Source: Botryllus schlosseri
Taxonomy: Eukaryota
Length of the DNA stretch: 64,000 nucleotides
Assembly (NCBI GenBank): GCA_051294905.1
Contig: CM119371.1
Location: forward strand, 6,076,001-6,140,000
Reading direction: 5' to 3'
Position numbers and translations under genes: made by a program. This document shows positions 11,437-20,500 of the stretch, in pieces (within the stretch, counting starts at the first letter, position 1; each line of letters begins with the position of its first letter). Below the pieces are notes generated by a model, which saw only the letters and a program-made list of their open reading frames with translations, did not search any database and had not been told where the DNA came from.

Positions 11437-11930
11437 AGCGGGGTTGTAACCAAGTCACAAGGTTCAGAGTCACAAGCCAATCTCACTTTTATAGTTTTGT
11501 CGCGGGTCAAGTCGAGTCATTTTCAATTCCCTGCCGAGTCAAGTCCGATTCCAAGTTCAAGTCCGAGTCGCGGATTAGACTGCCGAGTCCGAGTCATAAT
11601 CATTGTGTTAACTGTCCAGTTCCAATTTAATATCATTCGAAACCCACTTTTTCCAACTCTTGCTCGGTGATATCGAAAGCTTCGCATTCATAATATACTT
11701 ATTTTCCTCACTTTTAACTGTTTCTCGTAGCATTTTCAAGTACCAGTACTGATAGACGCAATAATAATAGTGTGATAACTTTACTATTCTTCGAAATTAA
11801 AATGAAATGCATGTGTTGGTAGACCCAGTCTCGGGTCATGTGACCTGATCCGAGTCATGCGCAATGACTCGAGTAGCCTACAAGTCGAGTCAATACAAAA
11901 AGCGACTCAACTCGAGTCGAGTCATTTTTC
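11437..11930. repeat. Degenerate member of the GACTCGAGTC/AAGTC-rich repeat family
   Basis: Many CGAGTC/CAAGTC motifs like those in the elements at 36626 and 38824. Confidence 0.5.
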
Positions 11931-12351
11931 ATTTTTCCGATTCTTAAAGTACGTGGTCGTGTCTTGAAAATCCGCGTCTTCGTTTTGATATGAACGAGGA
12001 GTGCCGAAAACCATTTCCGCAAAGATAGATGGATGCTAATCCAAGATTAACGCATAACGCTTCCGACAATACTTTTGGTGTGATCGCAACATTTAGGGCA
12101 CCAAAATGAAGAAACATATATTTTATGAACATATCACGTCCAGCATCTAGCGCAGGGACAGGCCACATACGGACCGCGGGTCGAATTCGTTGTGCATCAT
12201 CCTTGCACACAATCAATAATTATAGTAAGCTTTTTTCTACATAGCAATCCCACTTGTGTCAAAATTTGTGTGAAGCGTTTTTTAGGTAACCTAGCAATTT
12301 TATCAAGTAGCCAGTACAATTTTTAAAAAAGTCATTTTTGAAACCCCTGGG

Positions 12352-12677
12352 AGTAGTAATAGATAGTGCATCGCGGTGCGGACCAATGGGCTTAGAGTAT
12401 TTAATTACGTGATATCTCTTAGCCAATCAGAACGCAGAACATTATGGGTGTGTTTCCAATACGAGAGAGGTTTTGGTTGTGTGAGAGATAGCATAGTTCC
12501 AGTTCAGTAACGCTGAGATTTTATGACATCATTATTGCGTAAGTTGATTACCTTCATTATTTATTCGCTGTGCGCTGTAGATCGAATATGTCCAAGATTA
12601 CTGCTAATGATATATACGTCATAATGAATCGGATTGACCCGATAAACTGGTATAGGTTCGCACGTGAAAAACTTGAG
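12352..12677 (+). repeat. Left terminal inverted repeat (326 bp)
   Basis: Reverse complement of 30013-30337 with 2 substitutions and 1 single-base indel. Confidence 0.97.
12383..12580 (+). promoter_or_regulatory. TIR-internal Pol II promoter and leader
   Basis: CCAAT boxes at 12383 and 12423 (AGCCAATCAG), Inr-like TCAGT at 12504, GTAAGT donor at 12539, TGTAG acceptor at 12580. Confidence 0.55.
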
Positions 12678-12869
12678 CTATCTGACAATGAAATCGCCGA
12701 ATGTCAATACATGGATTGCTACAACTTAACTGAGCAACGCTATCAAATGATACAGTTATGGATACGTAAAAATGGTCGTTACGCTACGATGAAAAAACTT
12801 GAAGAATTAGTTTACAGTTGTCTGTATCAGATACCTTCGAATAGCAATTCAACTCTTCTGTTGGATTGA
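12588..12869 (+). CDS. Death-domain protein (93 aa)
   Basis: W.RFAREKLELSDNEI...NLTEQRYQMIQLWIRKNGRYATMKKL fits the death-domain pattern (W..L.R.L.LS..EI...EQ..QML..W....G..AT...L). First 30 codons lie in the TIR. Confidence 0.8.
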   Translation: MSKITANDIYVIMNRIDPINWYRFAREKLELSDNEIAECQYMDCYNLTEQRYQMIQLWIRKNGRYATMKKLEELVYSCLYQIPSNSNSTLLLD

Positions 12870-12918
12870 AAGACATAACGTACTAAGCGAAAAATAATAT
12901 TGTGTGGACTGAAGGATA

Positions 12919-13083
12919 ATGAAGATGCTCTCAGAAGACTTCAACATTGGTTTATTCGTAATCATATGCTCGTGTATACGAAACGGGTATTGCTTTTACA
13001 TCGCAAATCAAAAAAAGGACTCTGATATCGAGGAAGTATACCAAGATCTGAAAGAAGCTCTACACCTTCATCTGAACGATTAG
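12919..13083 (+). CDS. Small orphan ORF (54 aa), not in the ORF track
   Basis: ATG...TAG, MKMLSEDFNIGLFVIICSCIRNGYCFYIANQKKDSDIEEVYQDLKEALHLHLND; AATAAA at ~13110. Confidence 0.3.
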   Translation: MKMLSEDFNIGLFVIICSCIRNGYCFYIANQKKDSDIEEVYQDLKEALHLHLND

Positions 13084-13345
13084 TTAATATGCTTGTTCGT
13101 TATTACTTCAAATAAACTGAACATGTGTATTTAATTGTGTAAAATGTGTTATAAAAGTCAGTCTACGGAAGTGAATAGACAAGTCTGAAGCTGTCTATAT
13201 TGCAGCGTATTAGAGATAGATTGTGCAATAACCTCTAAATACGGAGAGTACTGAACTTGAGTCAGTGATCTGCTTATAAACACAATGCCGCGCTCTCTCT
13301 CTCTCAACGGTGCTAACCCTCCTATGTTAGAGCAATTAAATTATT

Positions 13346-13561
13346 ATGCTACCTGGAAGTTTATCAGCACTGAAACTCATTGAACTCGACACAACAATCA
13401 CAATCACAGGAAGCTTTTATTTCGACGCACATAGCAATAAAACGAATACAATTGATATCGCATTGAGCGCGCTTCCGAGACAATTCAAAATTGTTGAGAA
13501 TTGCTTGGCATCCATCTGCGATACCCGTATTGCGTATTACCATTTGGAAAAGCTCCATTAG
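13346..13561 (+). CDS. Possible small orphan (71 aa)
   Basis: ATG start with upstream TATAAA (~13275), but it overlaps the 3' end of the opposite-strand ORF. Confidence 0.2.
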   Translation: MLPGSLSALKLIELDTTITITGSFYFDAHSNKTNTIDIALSALPRQFKIVENCLASICDTRIAYYHLEKLH

Positions 13562-14045
13562 CATTGCTAGCATTCTGGAAACTTGCATTGGCATTTGACA
13601 TGCCACCAGCATTCGAATACCCAGCATTTCCAAAGCCAGCATTGGCATTTGGAAACCCCGCTTTAGCGCGATCCATAGGCTGTATTTGACCATTAGGCGC
13701 AATAAAACGCGACGTGTCTTGTAAAATCCACCCCAGCGGTGAATTTTCTACGTCATTGACGACGTTAGACGGAGAATATAATGTATATTCATCAGCGAGA
13801 TTGATTTGCTGAAAGTATTCGACGCCTTCTCGAGTATAACACGCAACCAGTTTCCCGTTATGACTTAAAGTTGCTTTGAATCTTTGTATGGCACCATTCG
13901 TTGGAAACACACGTAGTTGTCCAGGATCAATCAATTGATCGTCTGCAGTTTCAATTCGAAGCTTCGATACGTTATTGAAAACGTAAACATCTCTCCGAAT
14001 AGCTATTTCTGAGAGTTGCGACTCGGCCCGAATAGCGATAGACAT
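13485..14045 (-). CDS. Orphan protein with N/A/G/F low-complexity C-terminus (186 aa)
   Basis: ATG ORF directly downstream of the BIR gene; beta-rich N-half; tail GFPNANAGFGNAGYSNAGGMSNANASFQNASNANGAFPNGN. Confidence 0.7.
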   Translation of the reverse strand: MSIAIRAESQLSEIAIRRDVYVFNNVSKLRIETADDQLIDPGQLRVFPTNGAIQRFKATLSHNGKLVACYTREGVEYFQQINLADEYTLYSPSNVVNDVENSPLGWILQDTSRFIAPNGQIQPMDRAKAGFPNANAGFGNAGYSNAGGMSNANASFQNASNANGAFPNGNTQYGYRRWMPSNSQQF

Positions 14046-14079
14046 AATTCAATCTAAACAAAACGTATACATTAAAGAT

Positions 14080-14466
14080 TCAACGGAAACTGTTATGCGG
14101 TATACGAATAAGCACGTTGCGAAAGAACTTTGAATCCTTTGCTAATTTCATGATCAGGGGACAGGAAGGATTGAGTGTAGCATGCTCGCTCCAAACATTT
14201 GTACAATTTGTCAAGTTATCAAACAATTGCCCACACATATAGCACTTGGCATGGAAATCGAACCCTAAGTGGAATAGCCCGCAAGTTGCGAGTTCAAAAG
14301 CATCAACTCTGAGATTCTCTTTATGAGATTCGAATGATTGCAAGCGTCGATCGAAATTCATTTTAGGAAAGACAGGGTGATTTAATAAATCACAAGGTTC
14401 ATATAGTATCTCGTCCTCTGAATTCTTCATGCATTGATGCGTTCCACACGGCTTGATCTTTTCCAT
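14080..14466 (-). CDS. Single-BIR IAP/survivin-like protein (128 aa)
   Basis: RRLQSF...ELATCGLF...KCYMC...WSEHATLNPSCP: CxxC...H...C zinc ligands with BIR spacing; TATAAAAA at 14508-14515. Confidence 0.9.
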   Translation of the reverse strand: MEKIKPCGTHQCMKNSEDEILYEPCDLLNHPVFPKMNFDRRLQSFESHKENLRVDAFELATCGLFHLGFDFHAKCYMCGQLFDNLTNCTNVWSEHATLNPSCPLIMKLAKDSKFFRNVLIRIPHNSFR

Positions 14467-14544
14467 GTTTCTTGAATAGAACTGAAATTATGGACTAGCT
14501 ACTGAGGTTTTTATAGAGCTGAGCGTGTGCTTTTCCCTGATTTT

Positions 14545-14885
14545 TTTGAATCTTAAATTTAAAAATGACTGCTTCGAAATCTCGAACGTTGTACAACTGT
14601 TTCGCAACTTTCAACTATCGCAGTTTCAAATTCAAAAAATTCAAAATCACGGCTGTTTCGCAGCTGTTATTTTTGAAATTTAAAAATGATTGATCGATTT
14701 CTCGGTCGTTGCACAACTGTCGACTGCTGCCGATTTAAATTCAACGTTCTGAAATCACGCCTGTTTCACAGCTGTTATTTTTTAAATTTAAAATGATTGA
14801 ATATCACGAATGCAACTGTCGATTACTGCAGTTTCAAATTCATTGAAATCACGGCTGTTACGCAGCTGTTTCGCAGCTGTCAACT
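14545..14885. repeat. Three degenerate ~110-bp tandem repeats in the divergent intergenic region
   Basis: Recurrent AAATTTAAAAATGA(C/T)TG and AAATCACG(G/C)CTGTT(T/A)C(G/A)CAGCTGTT blocks. Confidence 0.75.
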
Positions 14886-15110
14886 AGCGTGGGATAGTTT
14901 CATAGCTGGATACAATCATGTGTTATACTATGATCGCGAACAGTACTGGGGGCTTACAAACTCACGTGAATACCTGTGCATTGGAACTTAAGTCCAAGGC
15001 TCTCAGCCAACCTAGTAGGTATTTACGGCATTTTGCCTCAGCTATGCAAGTAGTATTTAGAGATAGCAGTGATATCCAATAAGTCATTTGCGTTTTTTGA
15101 TATTTTAGAG

Positions 15111-15620
15111 CAGAGGTCTCAAACACGCGTCCTGCGAGGTCATTTTATGCAACCGCGATGGTATTTTGAATTTCGAAGTATTCGACAATATTTAACTTTG
15201 AAAACTGGAAATTCACCCTAAAACAACTCCAGAAGCCTGAAACTACTTATCAAATGTCACTATTACGTCACTTTGAAAAGTTACGACGCAATGGAAGATC
15301 AATGTATACTTCGGCGATAGGACATTATTTCTATTGCTATGACACAGTAATCATTATATTCAAGTTGTTATAGATCTGTTCTAATATTCAGAGGTAAATC
15401 CAATGCTGATTGAATTTGAATTAGGTAATAACATGATCAATACCATCGTTATCCTGAGTATGCACGAAACTCGGATTAGGCTGTAGTGTCCATTAGCTAC
15501 AAAATTATAACGCGACAGCTTTTACGATTAATTATTGATGCTGCGACTCGCGGTGCCATCAAAAAGTAAGAAATTTGCATGCAAATTTGCCCGCGGGCGC
15601 ATATGATTTTGAGTCCTCTG
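15111..15620. mobile_element. Charlie-like hAT MITE inside the Polinton
   Basis: TIRs CAGAGGTCTCAAA / TTTGAGTCCTCTG, subterminal GCCCGCGGG; 8-bp flanks TTTTAGAG / CTGTACGG match only 4/8. Confidence 0.75.
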
Positions 15621-15760
15621 CTGTACGGGATCAACTAAGTTCGTGCAGGTGCGTTTTGTTATTGTTGAGCACAGCTATTATTAGTGAATAGATTTTCAAC
15701 GGTTTAGATACGCTAGATATTCGAATACGCGACTTGACTTTAGTTAGTATCATATTGAGA

Positions 15761-17035
15761 ATGAATACTGTGCAAGTCGCTAACGAGATGAATCAAGTCG
15801 CTAATGACAATGCGAGTTGTAGTACGACTCAAGTTGACGTGATTGACCTCACTGGTGATGATAGCAGTAAAGGTAAATCGACCAACTCGATTGAAAGTTT
15901 TGATTGGCAAAACACGCAACCTTTTGTTAAAATTCATCGTGTGGATGAGAATCTACAGAGTGAAGAACCTCCAGTCAAAATTCGTTGTACGGAAGCGACG
16001 TGTGCAGAGATACGCAAAATTATGAAAGATGGTTATTTTGGTGTAGCGCCTGCAAACAAGCGAGAAGATACACAAACAGCGATGTTAAGTGGCTTGTCTG
16101 ATGATGATGATTCGAGTTCGACGATGATATCGAATATTAGATCGTTAGCTAGTGATCAAAGTGCCTCGTCTGATTCTGATTCAACAAATGACGTATCCTC
16201 GGTTGATAGTGATCGTCGACGCTCTATGATTTCTGTTATTCGACTGTTGCGCGAATCCAATACGAGTGAAATTCTGCCAAGTGAATATAGGAGCGATCGA
16301 AAATTCATTAAAGTGATCGAAAAGTTAAGTCCTCAACCCACGATTCAAAATGCTAGTTGTATGTATTCTGCACTTGAAAAAAATATCACCGAAATTTGGT
16401 ATGCCGGCCAAATGCGTAGTCTTAATTTCCTCAGAGCTGTATTCGTTGTTTGCATCTTTGAAGGTTATGTTCGCCGCAGAGATATAGCCCCGAATTTTTG
16501 GTTTGAGGGTGATTGTCATTCTGGTAAAGACATACTGACTCATATGTTTTTGACTAGAGATGTAGCAAACTATGTATTGAGTACTTTGGAAAAGTTGGAT
16601 GCATTCAGATATTACGATGCTGACAAATCTATTTGCATGTTTCCGAATTGCGGTAGTATTTTCATGAATAATGCTGTTCTCCAAGAAACTATTATGACAG
16701 TACAACGCACAGCTGTGAGCTGTGATTATGGCTTGATTAAGCCTGCCTCTTTCTGGATGTTTTGTGATGTGAAAAATGGTTCTGAGATCATGACTGAAAA
16801 GTATCCACTATCATTTGCCGGAAAAACTATTATCGTAAAATTTGGAAATAAACTTTTCGATCCGTCAGTAGAAGTGTTGAATGATCACGGTCGCGATACT
16901 GTTCTGTATTCGTTATTGAATCTTACTTCAGTAAAAACTCGCGATGCAGGCAATGAAGTAGAAACTGATATGCATGCAACGAGTTTCTATGATAAATTTC
17001 GTGAAATCAAACGTGTTTACGACGAATGTGAATGA
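15761..17035 (+). CDS. Orphan protein (424 aa), acidic/Ser-rich disordered N-half with SIM-like motif
   Basis: Long ORF, first ATG at 15761; VDVIDLTGDD; SDDDDSSS tract; globular-looking C-half. Confidence 0.8.
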   Translation: MNTVQVANEMNQVANDNASCSTTQVDVIDLTGDDSSKGKSTNSIESFDWQNTQPFVKIHRVDENLQSEEPPVKIRCTEATCAEIRKIMKDGYFGVAPANKREDTQTAMLSGLSDDDDSSSTMISNIRSLASDQSASSDSDSTNDVSSVDSDRRRSMISVIRLLRESNTSEILPSEYRSDRKFIKVIEKLSPQPTIQNASCMYSALEKNITEIWYAGQMRSLNFLRAVFVVCIFEGYVRRRDIAPNFWFEGDCHSGKDILTHMFLTRDVANYVLSTLEKLDAFRYYDADKSICMFPNCGSIFMNNAVLQETIMTVQRTAVSCDYGLIKPASFWMFCDVKNGSEIMTEKYPLSFAGKTIIVKFGNKLFDPSVEVLNDHGRDTVLYSLLNLTSVKTRDAGNEVETDMHATSFYDKFREIKRVYDECE

Positions 17036-17133
17036 ATTTGATGCATGTTGATTCAGTACTAATTCAATATTTTGATGCATGCGTGTCGATACAGTGCTAA
17101 TTGGATCTTTTTTTGTGTTGTTTGTAGCTCAGT

Positions 17134-17544
17134 ATGGATAACTTCATTGACATAAGCGACTTGTTAGATATGAACGCACCTCATCAAAGTGTAAATGCTA
17201 CGATGCAGGCTCCAAGAAAAGACTTGAACAAAATATATCAGAGTCAAAAAGAAAGCCGAAAGCGCTCGCGTCAAGACACTATGTCTTTGATCGAAGGTCT
17301 AGTTGACGATGATTTAAAGATGGAAGCTATGTGGAATCAACTTGTTTCGATGGAAGTATTTGACCAAGACTATTCGAAAAATTTTCTGAACATAATTAAA
17401 AATGTCATGAAAGATATTGAAAAACTATCTAGTGACTCGAACGCTTGCATTGTTGAGATTCAGCGTCTTGAAAAAATTAAGTTTGTATTTCTATACGGTG
17501 TAATTAAATGTAAACTGCGCTTGAAATATGGATTCAATTTCTAA
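17134..17544 (+). CDS. Orphan helical protein (136 aa)
   Basis: ATG ORF filling the gap before polB; pyrimidine-tract/AG acceptor 6 nt upstream. Confidence 0.7.
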   Translation: MDNFIDISDLLDMNAPHQSVNATMQAPRKDLNKIYQSQKESRKRSRQDTMSLIEGLVDDDLKMEAMWNQLVSMEVFDQDYSKNFLNIIKNVMKDIEKLSSDSNACIVEIQRLEKIKFVFLYGVIKCKLRLKYGFNF

Positions 17545-17592
17545 TATATGTAGTGACTATTGTCTTGATATTTTTCAGATACTAGTATCTAT

Positions 17593-20500
17593 ATGGCGCG
17601 ACGCAGGCGATATGGAGATCGAGGATTTGTGGTCGACGAAACGCTGGGTTTCGAACAAGACGGCATTGAGGTGATTGAAAGACACTACGATTCCATCATC
17701 GATTCGACCTGGACTTCAAGGAACAATGTGCAAGAAATCATCAACATTCGAATGGTCGGAAGAGCTCCGCTCGAAATTCACGCGCGTATAGCAGACATTT
17801 ACCCCAGAAGATACCGTCAGTTTAAAATGAATCTGGCGTATGGCTTTCTATTATTCAACCGTGAGACATCCAGATATAGTTATTATCATCCTCAGAGTTC
17901 ACAAGCGGTTTTTAATGTCCCTAAAACTATCATATCGCGTGAAGATTTCGATACCGTCACGAATGAGATCGATTTGACAGCGGGTTTTGAATATGCAAAT
18001 CGAGTGCGACCAGATACAAAGTTCTACTGTGCTGATGTGTTGCATATTTCTATTTACATTTATGAAATGGATAGAGCTTTACTCGGTGGAAGTACTTCCA
18101 TTTCCCCGGAGATGCAAGCACTAAGCAAATGTAACTATATCATGACTTTCCTGCGTAATCGCGAAGGCAAAGCATATGCAGATTCTCTGTGCATATTCAG
18201 ATCCATTTCATATGTGATGAAAAAAGCGCGTAATGAAACACATGTTCTGCAATTAGCCGCTCAATTCACAGCTCGTTACGATATCTCAACTGAGAACGGA
18301 GTAGCTTTCGAAGACTTATCAAAAGTTGAGGAATGTTTTCAAGTTCGAATACTGCTTTATGAAAAACGTAATCAAGGCACAGTTATGCTGCGTAATTCTC
18401 GTGCTAATGGATTGACTATACCTATTCATAGACTTGAAAATCACTGTTGCCTGATTAGGGACCTGAAATTGTACACCTCTACCTATATGTGTGATAAGTG
18501 TAAATTTTTCTTTACTAGAAAAGATGCTTTGATGAGGCATATGAAAAGCGTTGATTGTGAGCGTCCCCAAAAACAGCGATACGGTTTCGGTATTTATCGT
18601 CCTAAGATGACGGTGTTTGAGCGAATGGCGGAACAGGGAATTTTGGTTAGTACTGAAAAACGATATTACCCCTTCAGAATCGCTTATGATTTCGAGAGTT
18701 TATTAGAAAAAGAAAATCTTCGAGCTGATACACCGAAAGTCGAAATTGTCAACAAGCATGTTGCGGTATCGGTATCTCTCTCAGATAATGTTACGAATGA
18801 AACGCATACACTCATTTCTAGCGGTGATCCTAACGTTTTAATTAACGATATGGTGGGCAAACTGTATGAGATTCAAAACATCGCATCTTTGCATATGCGA
18901 CGGTTATTTGAAAAAGAATTGAAAGATTTTCGTATGCTAATTGAACGTCGTAATGCGATTGAACCAGGCAAAACTCGCTATTTAGATCGCTTGTATCGTC
19001 ACTTCGAAATTTGGTTGGATCAAATACCTGTGATTGGATTCAACTTGGCTCGTTACGATTTGAATCTTTGTAAAAAATATTTGATTCCTATTCTGCAAGA
19101 AGAAAGTGGATTTTTCGTTTTGAAACGGAACAGCGCATATCTGACTATTAGTACCAACAGATTGAAATTCCTTGACATTTCGCTATTTCTGTCACCGGGA
19201 TATAGTTTGGAAGCGTATTTGAAAATTTATGGAAATGGTGTGGACAACAAATTTTATTTTCCCTATGAGTACATGACTTGTATCGATAAATTGAATGACA
19301 CGCAATTACCTCCACATGAAATGTTCTATAGCAGTCATCGAGGCACTAATATCACCGCGGCGCAATACCAAGAATGTGTCGATATGTGGAATCGTTTGCA
19401 AATGAAAACCATGCGAGACTTCCTAACTTTTTATAACGAAAGTGACGTGATTGGCTTTTTGGTTGCGTTAGGTAATAACGCTGCCTTTTACCAAAACTTG
19501 GGTATTGACATGTTCAAATCTGCTATCAGCTTACCAAACATAGCCAATCAACTCATGTTCGCGGAATGTTACGACATCGCGCTGTTCAGTAAAGCGAATG
19601 CTGATCTCCATCAAACTGTAGTGAACAATCTATTTGGAGGTCTGTCACAGATATGTTCACGATTTGCAATGAAAGACGTAACGAAAATTCGTGAAATGCG
19701 CTACGGAGATGATGCGAAATACGTAAAAAAGATAATAGGATATGACGCAAATTCGCTCTATTTGTCATCCATTGATCAATACATGCCGTGTGGATTTCCA
19801 ATCAGGTGGTTGTATGACGCAACCAAACAAAAATTTCACAGAAAGCCAATTTATCCTGCGATGGCAGAACTCGAATGGCTGACTTATGAAAGTTATCAGC
19901 GCGGTATTTCAATTCAACACGCCTGGAACGGCAAGCAAGCTCGTCTTGGGTCGCGTCAAATTGCGGTCGATGGCTTCTCCCTTGAGCATCAATTGATATT
20001 TCAGTATCAGGGGTGTTTTTTTCATTCGTGCGATCAATGTTATAAGGACGCCGCAAACATTGAGCGACGTATTAAAACAGAAGAAATTACTGCCTATTTC
20101 GAAGAGTTGGGATACACGATAATATCAATACGCGAATGTGAATGGAATCGCATGAAACTCCACCCTGACATTGCGCAGTTTCTTTCGTCACTACAAAGAA
20201 ATGTAACAAAAGAGTATTATCTCACAGCGGACCAACTATTAGATCGCGTATTTCATCAACAGTTCTTTGGCGCATTAGAAGTCGATGCGCACTGCCCTGA
20301 TGAATTAAAAGAAAAATATTCAGAATTTCCGCCATTTTGTAAACATATCTCGGTAGATATATGCGATATCGGCGAACATATGAGCGAATATGCCCGCGAA
20401 AATAATGTGAAATTTCCGAAGACGTTTTTGGGCTCTAGTTATTTCACTGAGAAACAACTAATTACAAGTGATTTGTTGGCTTGGTACATGGATCACGGTA

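Noticed and set aside
11099-11473. 124-aa minus-strand ORF
   Set aside because: Reads through the tandem repeat; low complexity.
11944-12216. Possible THAP-domain remnant
   Set aside because: Only an LHF-like trace; no intact C2CH pattern.
12820-13020. Possible death-effector domain (vFLIP-like) after the DD gene
   Set aside because: Hints (IQLFCWIERHNVLSEK; ALRRLQHWFIRN) are in different frames separated by stops, with no RxDL motif; not supportable by eye.
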